Shown piece by piece: positions 30,367-40,705 of a DNA stretch of 64,000 bases (the stretch's first letter is position 1; every line of letters begins with the position of its first letter). Under the pieces are notes generated by a model that saw nothing but the letters and a program-made list of their open reading frames with translations, did not search any database and was not told the origin of the DNA. The stretch comes from Pedosphaera parvula Ellin514 (GTDB taxonomy: Bacteria; Verrucomicrobiota; Verrucomicrobiia; Limisphaerales; JADJPG01): assembly GCA_943332515.1 (NCBI GenBank), contig CALQPR010000019.1, forward strand, positions 1,803 through 65,802. The letters run 5' to 3'. A program made the position numbers and the translations under genes.

Positions 30367-30869
30367 TGAGCGACCCTTACGAAGAAATCGTGAACGGCCA
30401 GCGCGTTCTCCGGCTTCCATTACGCAAGCGCCACGAGGAGATTCTCTCCCGTTTGCACCGCCGGGTCGCGGGTGCGACGGCCAGCCTGGTCTCCACCAAG
30501 CTGCTCGCGCCGCGCACCAGGATTGAGGTTTCGTTTGAGAATGTGTTCTGTCCCGATCTGGCGCTGGTGACGTCGGCGACGGACAAGGTCTGGCTGGTCG
30601 CCGAGGTGATCAGTTCCGACGATCACCATGCTGACACGGTGGACAAGAAGGGAGTTTACGAGGAGCTGAAGCTGCCCCGGTTGTGGATGATTGACCCGCG
30701 CTACGACAACGTGGAGGTCTATCACGGCACGTCCTACGGGCTGACGCTAAAGCGGGTTCTCGCTGGACGCGAGCTGCTGACGGAAGGGTTGCTTCCCGGA
30801 TTTCAAATCGCCATCCACGAACTATTCGCGGGAAGCCCGACCGGCGAACCGGGACGTTATGATTTCTGA
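30366..30869 (+). CDS. Uma2 (DUF820) family endonuclease-like protein
   Basis: EIVNG, PDLALV, VAEVIS..D...K..Y, WMIDP; TAATG overlap with the uvrA stop. Confidence 0.85.
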   Translation: MSDPYEEIVNGQRVLRLPLRKRHEEILSRLHRRVAGATASLVSTKLLAPRTRIEVSFENVFCPDLALVTSATDKVWLVAEVISSDDHHADTVDKKGVYEELKLPRLWMIDPRYDNVEVYHGTSYGLTLKRVLAGRELLTEGLLPGFQIAIHELFAGSPTGEPGRYDF

Positions 30870-30923
30870 GGGCGCAGCAGTTGGCCTAGACGAGCGAGCG
30901 CATGAAATTTCACCTCGCTGGCA

Positions 30924-31295
30924 ATGAGCGGTGATTTGGAGAAGCTTCAATCCGAAGCGCAACGCGTCGTGGAGTCCACGCTGGCCGCCCTCCCCGAACC
31001 GGTCCGCCGCCACGCAGTCGCGTTGCCGGTCAGTTACGATGCCCGGCCTCAACAAGGACTGCTCGATGAAGGCTACGATTCAGATTTGCTCGGCCTGTTC
31101 GTGGGAGCCCCGCTCGCGGAACCGGATGAATGCCCGTTGCCGCCGCAGATCATCCTCTTCATCGAGAACATTTGGGACTTTGCAGAAACGGACGTCGACA
31201 TCTTCCGAGAGGAAGTGCGGACGACTTATCTGCACGAACTGGGTCACTATCTGGGCTTGGACGAGATTGACCTGGAAAATCGCGGCCTTGACTGA
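30924..31295 (+). CDS. Minimal zincin-like metallopeptidase family protein
   Basis: DLLGLFVG, P..IILF..NI, TYLHELGHYLGLDE. Confidence 0.85.
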   Translation: MSGDLEKLQSEAQRVVESTLAALPEPVRRHAVALPVSYDARPQQGLLDEGYDSDLLGLFVGAPLAEPDECPLPPQIILFIENIWDFAETDVDIFREEVRTTYLHELGHYLGLDEIDLENRGLD

Positions 31296-31349
31296 GGGAC
31301 AGCCAGCATCCCTGAGCAACGCGCAAGCCCAGCCGCCCGCTATTTACCT

Positions 31350-31377
31350 TTGACTCAATGCACGCCTTGGCTATCCT
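31350..31377 (+). promoter_or_regulatory. Putative sigma70 promoter for pgk
   Basis: TTGACT-16-TATCCT. Confidence 0.5.
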
Positions 31378-31395
31378 CTGCGCCCTTGTTGAATT

Positions 31396-32652
31396 ATGGC
31401 GAAGCTGACGGTCAATGATTTGGATGTGCGCGGCAAACGCGTGTTCGTCCGTGTGGACTACAATGTCCCGATGGAAGAGAAGGACGGACAGATGGTCATC
31501 AATGATGCCACCCGCATCAAAGAGACCCTGCCGACCCTCGATCTCCTGATTAACAAGGGAGCCAAGATCATCCTCGCCGCCCATCTCGGCCGCCCAAAAG
31601 GTCAGCGCGAGCCCTCGATGTCCCTTCGCCCAGTCGCTGCCAAGCTGGCGGATATGATCAATCGCCCCGTGGCTTTCGTGGACGATTGCATCGGGGAAAA
31701 GGTCGAAAACACCGTCGGCGCGCTCAAGGAAGGCGATGTTCTCCTGCTCGAAAACGTCCGCTACTACAACGAGGAAGAAGCCAACGACGCTGCGTTCGCG
31801 GAAAAGCTCGCGAAGGTCGCTGATATTTACGTGAACGACGCTTTCGGCGCCGCTCATCGCGCTCACGCTTCTACAGAAGGTGTTGCCCGTATCGTCGCCA
31901 AACGTGGCGGCAAGTGCGCGGCGGGGCTGTTGATGGAGCGCGAACTGAAGTTCCTCGGTGATGAGCTGGAGACGCCGGCCAGCCCGTTCGTGGTCATCCT
32001 CGGCGGCGCGAAGGTCTCCGATAAGATCAAGGTCATCGATCGTTTGCTGGAGAAAGCGGATACGATTCTGATCGGCGGAGCGATGGCCTACACGTTCAAG
32101 CTGGCCAATGGATTTAAGACCGGCAAATCCCTGGTGGAAGCCGACAAGACGGATGTCGCACTCGCCGCCATAGCCAAGGCAGCCAAACGCGGCGTGAAGT
32201 TCCTGCTCCCGACCGATAACATCGTCGCGACCCCGCAAGAAACGGGCAAGCTGAACAAGAAGGGCAAGCCTGTCTTCGAGTTCGTCAATCCGCGTGTCCT
32301 CGCCGAAGCAAACATTCCTGACGCTGAGGAGGGCTTCGATATCGGTCCGGCAACGGCAGCGACCTACGCAGAAGTGATTCGCAGCGCGAAGACCATTCTC
32401 TGGAACGGCCCGATGGGCATGTTCGAGGACAAGCGTTTCGCCGAAGGCACCAACGTGGTCGCACGCGCGGTGGTGGAAGCGACGCAGAAGAACGGAGCGA
32501 AGAGCATCATCGGTGGCGGCGACAGCGTGAAGGCGTTGAACGTGGCCGGCCTCGGCGATAAAGTGACTTTCATGAGCACCGGCGGTGGCGCGAGCCTCGA
32601 ATTCCTCGAAGGCTCGGCTCTCCCCGGTGTCGCGGCTCTCTCAGACAAGTAA
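31396..32652 (+). CDS. pgk: Phosphoglycerate kinase
   Basis: RVDYNVP, HLGRPKG, NDAFGAAHRAHAS, GGAKVSDK, STGGGASLEF. Confidence 0.98.
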   Translation: MAKLTVNDLDVRGKRVFVRVDYNVPMEEKDGQMVINDATRIKETLPTLDLLINKGAKIILAAHLGRPKGQREPSMSLRPVAAKLADMINRPVAFVDDCIGEKVENTVGALKEGDVLLLENVRYYNEEEANDAAFAEKLAKVADIYVNDAFGAAHRAHASTEGVARIVAKRGGKCAAGLLMERELKFLGDELETPASPFVVILGGAKVSDKIKVIDRLLEKADTILIGGAMAYTFKLANGFKTGKSLVEADKTDVALAAIAKAAKRGVKFLLPTDNIVATPQETGKLNKKGKPVFEFVNPRVLAEANIPDAEEGFDIGPATAATYAEVIRSAKTILWNGPMGMFEDKRFAEGTNVVARAVVEATQKNGAKSIIGGGDSVKALNVAGLGDKVTFMSTGGGASLEFLEGSALPGVAALSDK

Positions 32653-32690
32653 GCCGCGTTTCCGATACAACCAGACAACTTCACCCGTCC

Positions 32691-33455
32691 ATGGATAAAG
32701 AGCGCAAACTGATTATTGCCGGTAACTGGAAGATGAACAAGACCGTGGCCGAGGGCGTTGCCCTGGTCAACGGCATCAAGCGCGAGGTGAAGGACGTGAA
32801 GGAAGTGGACATGGTCGTCTGCCCTCCGTTCACCGCCCTGAGCGAAGTTTCCAAGGCCATTCTGGATTCCAACATCCGGCTCGGCGCGCAGAACATGAGC
32901 GAGCACAATTCCGGTGCTTACACCGGAGAGATCGCCGCTGGAATGCTCAAGGAATTCTCCGCTCGCTACGTCATCCTCGGCCACTCCGAACGCCGCCAGT
33001 TTCAGAAGGAATCGGACGAACTGATCTCCAAGAAGGCCGCCGCTGCACATGCTGCTTCCCTGAAGCCGATTGTTTGCGTCGGCGAAACCCTCGCAGAACG
33101 CGAAGGCGGCCAGATGGAAACCGTGCTGCTCACGCAAGTGCGCGGCAGCCTCGCCGGACTGACGAAGCCGCAGATGGAAGAAACCATCGTCGCTTACGAA
33201 CCCGTCTGGGCCATCGGCACCGGCAAGACCGCCAGCGCCCAGCAGGCACAGGATGCGCACGCTTTCATCCGCAGCCTGCTCGTCAAACTGTTCGATGAAA
33301 CCGTCGCCCGCCGCGTCCGCATCCAATACGGCGGCAGCGTCAAACCCTCCAACACCCGCGAACTCATGAGCCTGCCCGACGTGGACGGCGCTCTGGTTGG
33401 CGGCGCCTCGCTCGAAGACCGCAGCTTTGCGGACATCATTAAGAACTCCATTTAA
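32691..33455 (+). CDS. tpiA: Triosephosphate isomerase
   Basis: AGNWKMNK, GHSERR, AYEPVWAIGTG, YGGSVK, LVGGASL. Confidence 0.98.
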   Translation: MDKERKLIIAGNWKMNKTVAEGVALVNGIKREVKDVKEVDMVVCPPFTALSEVSKAILDSNIRLGAQNMSEHNSGAYTGEIAAGMLKEFSARYVILGHSERRQFQKESDELISKKAAAAHAASLKPIVCVGETLAEREGGQMETVLLTQVRGSLAGLTKPQMEETIVAYEPVWAIGTGKTASAQQAQDAHAFIRSLLVKLFDETVARRVRIQYGGSVKPSNTRELMSLPDVDGALVGGASLEDRSFADIIKNSI

Positions 33456-33472
33456 TAAACCGAAAGAACGCT

Positions 33473-33868
33473 ATGAGCATTGTCATCTGGTTACTCACCT
33501 TCCTGCTGATCCTGGACTGCCTCGTCCTGATGCTGCTGGTCTTGATTCAACTTCCCAAGAAGGAAGCCGGCATGGGCCAGGCTTTTGGCGGCGGTGCCAC
33601 CGACGCCTTGTTCGGCGCAGGCAGCGGCAACGCCCTGACCAAGATGACCAAGTACGCGGTCGGCATCTTTTTCGTGCTCACGCTCTTGATCTCCGTCCTC
33701 TTCGGCAAGCAATCCCGCAGCGGCGGCGGAGATTTGCGGAATATTCTCACGGATGCGGACAAATTGAGCCTCCTCGCGCCGGCCGCGAAGACCAACGCTG
33801 CGGCAGTCACCGCAACGAATAATAACAGCCTGCTCATCTCAACCAGCGCCCCAGCTGTGAAGAAGTAA
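33473..33868 (+). CDS. secG: Preprotein translocase subunit SecG
   Basis: Two TM helices with a VLIQ...GMGQAFGGG...LTKMT loop; conserved tpiA-secG order. Confidence 0.92.
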   Translation: MSIVIWLLTFLLILDCLVLMLLVLIQLPKKEAGMGQAFGGGATDALFGAGSGNALTKMTKYAVGIFFVLTLLISVLFGKQSRSGGGDLRNILTDADKLSLLAPAAKTNAAAVTATNNNSLLISTSAPAVKK

Positions 33869-33890
33869 GTAAGCGCGGACCAATCTACCG

Positions 33891-33927
33891 AAACGCCCTC
33901 CGGTCAACCGGAGGGCGTTTTGCTTTT
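33891..33927 (+). terminator. Intrinsic terminator after secG
   Basis: aaacgccctccggt-ca-accggagggcgttt followed by tgctttt. Confidence 0.85.
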
Positions 33928-33975
33928 CGCCAGACATCAGCCGTGACCTGCCGTTCTCCGGTAAAGAAAATGCCC

Positions 33976-34002
33976 TCATGCGTTGGCGCTGTCCGCCGAT
34001 GA
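33976..34002 (+). promoter_or_regulatory. Putative sigma28 (FliA-type) promoter
   Basis: TCAT-15-GCCGATGA versus consensus TAAA-15-GCCGATAA, upstream of a chemoreceptor unit. Confidence 0.45.
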
Positions 34003-34008
34003 CCATGC

Positions 34009-34677
34009 GTGCAACACGGCGAACTTCAGAAAAGCACAACAAAGCATGGTCCGCGAGCCAATCAATCCGGCCTCGATCGGACTGGTGCGGGTTCGCTCCG
34101 TGAAACACGCGGCCCGCTCGTTCTCTTCGCCATCTGGGCCGTCCTCATCAGTCTCCCGCTTGCGTACCTGACTGCCAATCATCTGGTGCCGATCCCTGCC
34201 GCGCAAAAACCGGAGTCACCGCCCGTCTCCGCCCAGACCGGCCAAGGCTGGAAAGCCATCCACCTGTTGGCGGCCGATTGCGGTTGCTCGCTCTCCGTCG
34301 CACGGCACCTTCAATCTCGCGGCCCGCTGCCGGGACTCACCGAAACAATCGTCATCATTGGCGACGCGCCCGAAGTTCACCACGCCTTCCGTCACACACA
34401 TTTCGCGGTCGAAACCCACGACGCGTCCCGGGTGGAGAAGGATTATGGTGTCATCGGTGGACCGTGGATGCTGCTCTTCAGACCAGATGGTCGCCTCGCC
34501 TATTCCGGCGGGTATGCGCCAGTCCGCGCTCGTGATGGAATCGCCTTTCAAGACATCGCGATTTGGACGCGCGCACTTTCAGGCGAAACAATTCCACCCC
34601 TGCCGGCCTTCGGCTGCGCCACAGGAGAGCAACTCCGCAAGACCCTCGATCCCTTGAATCTCAAATACACACGCTAA
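34009..34677 (+). CDS. Membrane-anchored thioredoxin-like hypothetical protein (RedB-like)
   Basis: TM helix, HLLAADCGCS, P..LL...GRLAYSGGY, C-terminal FGC; start codon uncertain. Confidence 0.6.
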   Translation: MQHGELQKSTTKHGPRANQSGLDRTGAGSLRETRGPLVLFAIWAVLISLPLAYLTANHLVPIPAAQKPESPPVSAQTGQGWKAIHLLAADCGCSLSVARHLQSRGPLPGLTETIVIIGDAPEVHHAFRHTHFAVETHDASRVEKDYGVIGGPWMLLFRPDGRLAYSGGYAPVRARDGIAFQDIAIWTRALSGETIPPLPAFGCATGEQLRKTLDPLNLKYTR

Positions 34678-34680
34678 CCT

Positions 34681-36090
34681 ATGAATGAATTTGAAAAGCA
34701 ATACCGACGGAAGACCCACAAGGGATTCCTCCTGTTCCTTGCCCTGCACCTGCCGGCCTGCATTGGCCTGGCGGCTTACACCGGCCTGCCCATTGTGCCC
34801 GTGCTGATCATTGGAGCCATCGCGCTTGCCGGGCCGGCGATTCTGTTCTTCTGGAATCCGGCGGCCCGGATCACCTCTCTCGCCATCGCTGTCTCCACTC
34901 TGAGTTACAGCGGGTTGTTGATCCATTCGGGACGCGGCATGATCGAGCTGCACTTCCATGTGTTCGTGACCCTCGCGATGCTAATCGTCATGGCAGACTG
35001 GCTCGTGGTGACCACAGCCGCAGCAACCATCGCCGTACATCATGTCGCATTCTTTTTCCTCCTGCCAGCCAGCGTGTTCAACTACCAGGCCACCTTCAAC
35101 ATCGTGCTCCTGCACGCGTTTTTCGTAGTGCTTGAAACGATTCCCGCCTGCCTGATCGCCGCGCGCTTCGGAAAATTCATCCGGGCCCAGGGCAGCGCGA
35201 TTCAAACCTTGAGAGAAGCCTCGGTCGCAATCGCGGCGCACACGGCAAACCTGACCACCGCCAGCCAGGCGCTCGCACAAGGCGCCGGCGATCAGGCGGC
35301 GTCTCTCGAGGAAACCAGCGCGTCCATCGAGGAGATGGCGAGCATGACCCAGCGCAACGCAGAAAACGCCCGCCGTGCCAAGGATCTCGCAACCGAGACC
35401 CGAACCGCTGCGGAGAGCAACGCCGTCACCATGGACGAGATGAGCGCCGCGATGACCGAGATCAAGACCGGCAACGACAACATCGCGAAGATCATAAAGG
35501 TCATCGACGAGATCGCTTTTCAGACCAACATCCTTGCGCTCAACGCCGCCGTCGAAGCGGCCCGGGCGGGTGAAGCCGGCCAGGGATTTGCCGTGGTAGC
35601 CGATGAAGTCCGGAACCTCGCGCAACGCAGCGCATCCGCAGCGAGGGAAACTGCCGATAAGATTCAGGACTCCATGCAGAAGGGCGAGCGTGGCGTGCAG
35701 CACAGCGCAAAAGTCGGGGAGGGATTGCGCGACATCGTCACGAAGACGCGAGAGGTCGACAATCTGGTGGCGCAAATTGCCACTGCCTCCCAGGAACAAA
35801 GCCAGGGCATCGCCCAGGTGAACTCGGCCGTCTCGCAGATCGACAAAATCACCCAAAGCTCCGCCAGCAGCGCCGCCAATACCTCCGAAACCGCATCGAA
35901 GCTTGACGTCCTCGCCAATCAGCTCAAGAGCGCCGTCGAAGAACTGGACCGCATCCTCGGCGAATCCTCTCCGACCGCAGCGTCTCCAGAAGAGTTCAGT
36001 CCAGCCGCCAGTCACGAAGAGCCGCACGCGGAACCATCGCGCTCCAGATCGAGGGAACCGAAATCAGAAGTCACCGGCAAGAGCTTCTAA
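34681..36090 (+). CDS. Methyl-accepting chemotaxis protein with a His-rich multi-TM input domain
   Basis: [40 protein letters not shown]; N-terminal TM region with [15 protein letters not shown]. Confidence 0.95.
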   Translation: MNEFEKQYRRKTHKGFLLFLALHLPACIGLAAYTGLPIVPVLIIGAIALAGPAILFFWNPAARITSLAIAVSTLSYSGLLIHSGRGMIELHFHVFVTLAMLIVMADWLVVTTAAATIAVHHVAFFFLLPASVFNYQATFNIVLLHAFFVVLETIPACLIAARFGKFIRAQGSAIQTLREASVAIAAHTANLTTASQALAQGAGDQAASLEETSASIEEMASMTQRNAENARRAKDLATETRTAAESNAVTMDEMSAAMTEIKTGNDNIAKIIKVIDEIAFQTNILALNAAVEAARAGEAGQGFAVVADEVRNLAQRSASAARETADKIQDSMQKGERGVQHSAKVGEGLRDIVTKTREVDNLVAQIATASQEQSQGIAQVNSAVSQIDKITQSSASSAANTSETASKLDVLANQLKSAVEELDRILGESSPTAASPEEFSPAASHEEPHAEPSRSRSREPKSEVTGKSF

Positions 36091-36140
36091 ACAAATCGGC
36101 GCCGACAAAAGCCCAGGCCTTTCCCCTCGGCCGCCCGCGT

Positions 36141-37943
36141 TCATTGCCGCACAAACTCGGCGTGCAGCTTCGCGTAGTGCCCGCTCCTGGCCAGCAACTC
36201 GTCATGGGTGCCTCGCTCCACGATCTCCCCGTGATCCAGCACCACGATCTGGTGCGCGTCCCGGACGGTGGACAAGCGGTGCGCCACGACGAAACACGTC
36301 CGCCTCGCAAACAACTCCTCCAGCGCATGCTGAATGAGCCGTTCCGTCTGCACATCCACCGCGCTCGTCGCCTCATCGAGAATGAGAATGCGCGACTGCG
36401 CCACCATCGCCCGCGTAAAAGTCAACAACTGCCGCTCGCCCGCGCTGAAGTTTCCGCCGCGCTCACTGACCTTCGTCTGATAACCGTCCGCAAAACGCAG
36501 GATGATCTCGTGCGTGCCCAGCGTCTTCGCGGCGGCCATTGCCTCCTCATCGGTGGCGCCCGGCTTTCCGAACTTGAGATTCTCCATCACCGTGCCGGTA
36601 AAGAGGAAATTCTCCTGCGTCACGATGCCGATCTGCTCGTGCAATGATTCGACCGTGGCTTGCTGCAAATCAATTCCATCGATCGTGACCCGCCCGCGCT
36701 GCGGCTCGTAGAAGCGCGCGATGAGGCTGATGATGCTCGTCTTCCCCGAGCCCGTGTGACCGACCAGCGCAATGGTCTCTCCGGGACGCGCGTCGAGGTG
36801 GATGCCCTTGAGCACCCACGTATCCACCGGCGTGGTGTCGTAGCGAAACCAAACATCCTCGAACACGACGCGCCCGCGAATCACCGGCAGCGCCACAGCG
36901 CCAGCGCGGTTGCGGACCTGCGGCTGGGTGTCGAGCAGTTGAAAAATCCGTTCCGCGCTCGCCGCCGTGGAGAGGATGGCGTTGTAGAGATCACCCATCG
37001 TCTGGATCGGGCCGAAGAACATCCCGATGTAGAGCGCGAATGCCGCGAGCTCGCCCACCGTGATTTCGCGACTCAACACCAGCGTGCCGCCGTAGCCGAG
37101 GATGATGAGCGTGCCGAGGCCCGACATGAACCCGAGGAACGGCATGTAAGTGTGGAAGACGCGCGCCGCCGCCAGCGCCAGATCGTTGTGCGTCTCGTGC
37201 AACTGCTGGAAGCGGCTGAGATTCTCCTCCTCGCGAGAGAACGCCTGCACCACACGCACGCCGGCAATGTTCTCCGCCATCGCCGCGGTCAGACGCGACG
37301 TCTGCGCCCGCACCTTGCGATGGGCCGCCAGACCAAACTTGTGAAAGAGACGCGTGGCGGCGAACAGCGGCGGGAGCACCGCGCTCACCGCGAGACACAG
37401 CCGCCAGTCATATTGGAGCATCAACGCGACAACGCCAATGAGCGTCAATGAACTCGCCAGCATCTGGTTCGCGCCCCAGGTTAGGATGCGATCGAGCGAA
37501 TCAACATCCGTGTCCGCGCGCGCGATGATTCGACCCTGATGCGTCTTGTCGAAATAGTTCAGCGAGAGACGCTGGATATGTTCAAAGACCGCCAGCCGCA
37601 GATCATTCATCGCCCCCTGCCCCACGCGAATCGCGCTCTTCACCTGCGCCACCGAGAGCGACCAGCCGATGAAAAGATTGCCGAGATAGATCAGGCTGAC
37701 GAACAGGATTCCTCGCACCGCCGTGCTGGCGTCCTGAAAGTTCGTCAGATACCGGTCGATCCCGATCTGGATAAACTTCGGGCCCAGCAACTGCGAGATC
37801 GTCGCCAGCAGCGTGAACAGGAGGTTCAGCGCGAACGTGCGGCGATAGGGATGGATAAATGCCGCGAGACGGAAGAACACGGCGCGGCTCATCCGCTTTT
37901 GGGCGGTGGCTTCTTCGAGCTCGATGTCAATCTGGCTGGCCAT
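36141..37943 (-). CDS. ABC exporter, permease/ATPase fusion (heterodimer subunit 2)
   Basis: TM domain, GHTGSGKT, FSAGERQ, ILDEATS. Confidence 0.93.
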   Translation of the reverse strand: MASQIDIELEEATAQKRMSRAVFFRLAAFIHPYRRTFALNLLFTLLATISQLLGPKFIQIGIDRYLTNFQDASTAVRGILFVSLIYLGNLFIGWSLSVAQVKSAIRVGQGAMNDLRLAVFEHIQRLSLNYFDKTHQGRIIARADTDVDSLDRILTWGANQMLASSLTLIGVVALMLQYDWRLCLAVSAVLPPLFAATRLFHKFGLAAHRKVRAQTSRLTAAMAENIAGVRVVQAFSREEENLSRFQQLHETHNDLALAAARVFHTYMPFLGFMSGLGTLIILGYGGTLVLSREITVGELAAFALYIGMFFGPIQTMGDLYNAILSTAASAERIFQLLDTQPQVRNRAGAVALPVIRGRVVFEDVWFRYDTTPVDTWVLKGIHLDARPGETIALVGHTGSGKTSIISLIARFYEPQRGRVTIDGIDLQQATVESLHEQIGIVTQENFLFTGTVMENLKFGKPGATDEEAMAAAKTLGTHEIILRFADGYQTKVSERGGNFSAGERQLLTFTRAMVAQSRILILDEATSAVDVQTERLIQHALEELFARRTCFVVAHRLSTVRDAHQIVVLDHGEIVERGTHDELLARSGHYAKLHAEFVRQ

Positions 37944-37976
37944 GCAGGGCGTGATTGAAAGTATGGTCGCGTTTCA

Positions 37977-38011
37977 GTTCGTAATCTTAATCATCATCGT
38001 AATCCTGATCA
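37977..38011. repeat. Hexamer-periodic repeat (single arm)
   Basis: cgtaat cttaat catcat cgtaat cctgat; same type as 50664 and 58219. Confidence 0.65.
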
Positions 38012-38072
38012 CCACCAAATGAATCACCTTGCCAGCCCCGGACAGATTTGACTCCATGCTGGCCATTCGACG

Positions 38073-40673
38073 ATGACTTTCCATGCCGTTCACTCTCGCG
38101 GGCCGTTCCGGCTTTCGCGTGATCACAGGTTGCTCCTCTGGCTTGCCGTCGCGGTCTGGATCGGGATCGGAGATGGAAACGTCGCCGCGCAAACTTCGTC
38201 GAACTCTGGCGTGCAACAGTTGGAGGGCGAGTTCATCGTCAAGTTCCGCAGTGGAACCCGGCAGCGTGCCGACATCTCGGCACGGGCTGAAACGAACCGT
38301 GTCGTGCAACGCCGCTTCCATCAACTCGGGTGGCAACAGCTCCGGTTCTCAAATCGCAGCAGCCAGCAGGAAGCCATCGAACAACTGCGTCGTGATCCGG
38401 ATGTCCTTTCCGTGGAGCCGAACTACGAAGTCCAAGCGCTTCCGGAATTCCCGCCACTCATCACCGCCGCGTCGCACCCGGCGATCCCCCCGACGACTGG
38501 CGACGATCCGCTGCGGGCAAGCCAGTGGGCGCTGACAAAAGTGAGCGCGCCGGCAGCCTGGCAAATCACCACCGGAAGCGCCGACGTCGTCGTGGCGGTG
38601 ATCGACACCGGGATCAACTACCGTCACGAGGATCTCGCCGCGAACATGTGGCGGAATCCCGGCGAGATTCCCGGCAACGGCATCGACGACGACGGCAACG
38701 GCAAGGTGGACGACGTTTACGGAATCGACACCGCCGATGATGCCAGGGGCAACGACTCCGATCCCTTCGATCAAGGAGCCAATGGCTTCTACCACGGCTC
38801 GCTCGTCGCGGGAATCATCGGCGCACGAGCGCAGAACGGAGTCGGAATCACGGGCCTCAATTGGTCCGTCCAACTCATGTCCGTGCGCGCGATCCGCGCC
38901 TCCAACTTGGTCACGCTGGCCGATGAACTTGAAGCGCTCGATTACGTGCTGATGATGAAGAATCGCGGGATCAACATCCGCGTGGTGAACATGAGCTACG
39001 GAGGCTTCCGCTTCTCGATCGCCGAACGCGAGGCGCTCGCCGCCTTGGATCGCGCAGGCATCCTCCTCTGTGTCGCCGCTGGCAATGACGGACGCAACAA
39101 CGACACGTCGCCCGTCTATCCGGCCAGTCATCCGCTCAGCGGTCTCATCGCCGTCGCAGCGACTGATGGCGAGGATCAGCTCGCCAGGTTTCCCGTGCGC
39201 GGCAGCTCAAACTTCGGAAGAACCAACGTGGATCTCGCCGCGCCAGGGCTCAACATCCCGTCCACCTTCGGCCCGGGCACGAACGATTACCACGCGGCCT
39301 TCTTCGGCACCTCCGCCGCCACACCGCACGTCGCTGGAGCCGCCGCCCTTCTCGCTTCCGCCAATCCCGCCGCCACTTCAGCGGACCTCAAGAGAGCGCT
39401 GCTCGAATCCGTGGACCTCATCCCCGCGCTCGCCGGGAGGATGGTGTCGAACGGTCGGCTGAACATCGCCCGCGCCTTGGAACATCCGCTCATCGCCGTT
39501 GGACCGCCGATGGTCACACGCCATCCGGAGGCGCAGACCGTCGTGCTCAGCAACAAGCTGACGCTCACGACGACCGTTTACGGCCAGCATCCGCGCACCG
39601 TGCAATGGTTTCACCACGCCGCTCCGGTGGCTGGCGGCACGAACACAACGCTGCTGATAGAGCGCACGAAACTCGCCGACGCCGGCGACTACCGGCTTAT
39701 GGTGTCGAACTTGTTCGCGACCGCCACCAGCCACGTCGCTTCGGTCACCATTCTTCCGCTGCTGATCACTGGCCCGCTCCTCGATCAGACGGTAAAGGCC
39801 GGAGCCGCCGCGCGTTTTCAAGCGACTGTCTCCGGACCGAAGCCGCTGCACTATCAATGGCAGTTCAACGGCGCCAACCTTCCCGGCGCGACGAACGAGA
39901 CGCTGAAGCTCTCCAAGCTCAAGCTGCCGCATGACGGCGAGTATTCGTTCATCGTCTCGAACTTGTTCGGCGCTGCCACAAGCGCCGTCGCAAAACTCAC
40001 CATCCTCGTGAAGCCCGTCCTCCTCCAGCCGCCGCTGAGCCAGTCAATCGTGCAAGGCGGTGGCGCGACGTTCAGCGTTGGTTTCAGCGGCAATCCCGGT
40101 CCGTTCAGCGTGGAATGGAAGAAAGGTTCCACGACTTACGCCAGCAATGCCGTCACGAGTTTCCAAGATTTCTTCACTCTGCAAAACGTGCAGGCGCCGC
40201 AGGCAGGAACGTGGCGGGTCATCGTCCGCAATCCGGCCTCCAGCTCTGGGACGCGCCATTCGTTCACGATCAAGATTCTTGCGGACGCGGATCAAGACGG
40301 GTTGCCGGACGTGTGGGAGAAATCCCTCGGCTTTCCCACGAACATCGCGGCGAATGTGTTCGCGGATCGCGATGGAGACGGTTTGACGGATCACGCTGAA
40401 TTCATCGCCGGGACCAATCCGACTAACGCGCAGAGCCGTCTGGCGATCCTGGGAGTTCTCCAGACTTCAAACGCCACGACGCTCACCTTTTCCGCAGCCT
40501 CCAACCGGACCTACACCGTCGAACGTCTCTCGGACGGCTTCGGTGCAGACTGGCAACGGTTGACTGATGTGCTGGCTACGAAGACCAACCGGCTCATCTC
40601 CATTGTCGATCCTTCTGCAACCGCGGAGGACGCCACGCGATTCTATCGGCTGGTCACTCCGCGTCGTCCGTGA
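38073..40673 (+). CDS. S8 subtilisin-like serine peptidase with Ig-like domains
   Basis: VIDTG (Asp), HGSLVAG (His), AAGN, GTSAATPHVAG (Ser); three Ig-like repeats; DADQDGLPD..E and AGTNP...FYRL C-terminal module. Confidence 0.92.
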   Translation: MTFHAVHSRGPFRLSRDHRLLLWLAVAVWIGIGDGNVAAQTSSNSGVQQLEGEFIVKFRSGTRQRADISARAETNRVVQRRFHQLGWQQLRFSNRSSQQEAIEQLRRDPDVLSVEPNYEVQALPEFPPLITAASHPAIPPTTGDDPLRASQWALTKVSAPAAWQITTGSADVVVAVIDTGINYRHEDLAANMWRNPGEIPGNGIDDDGNGKVDDVYGIDTADDARGNDSDPFDQGANGFYHGSLVAGIIGARAQNGVGITGLNWSVQLMSVRAIRASNLVTLADELEALDYVLMMKNRGINIRVVNMSYGGFRFSIAEREALAALDRAGILLCVAAGNDGRNNDTSPVYPASHPLSGLIAVAATDGEDQLARFPVRGSSNFGRTNVDLAAPGLNIPSTFGPGTNDYHAAFFGTSAATPHVAGAAALLASANPAATSADLKRALLESVDLIPALAGRMVSNGRLNIARALEHPLIAVGPPMVTRHPEAQTVVLSNKLTLTTTVYGQHPRTVQWFHHAAPVAGGTNTTLLIERTKLADAGDYRLMVSNLFATATSHVASVTILPLLITGPLLDQTVKAGAAARFQATVSGPKPLHYQWQFNGANLPGATNETLKLSKLKLPHDGEYSFIVSNLFGAATSAVAKLTILVKPVLLQPPLSQSIVQGGGATFSVGFSGNPGPFSVEWKKGSTTYASNAVTSFQDFFTLQNVQAPQAGTWRVIVRNPASSSGTRHSFTIKILADADQDGLPDVWEKSLGFPTNIAANVFADRDGDGLTDHAEFIAGTNPTNAQSRLAILGVLQTSNATTLTFSAASNRTYTVERLSDGFGADWQRLTDVLATKTNRLISIVDPSATAEDATRFYRLVTPRRP

Positions 40674-40705
40674 CGCGATTCCCTTCGTATCCGGATTTCG
40701 CGTGT

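Noticed and set aside
31396-33868. pgk-tpiA-secG without an upstream gap gene
   Set aside because: A common rearrangement; pgk has its own promoter-like motif
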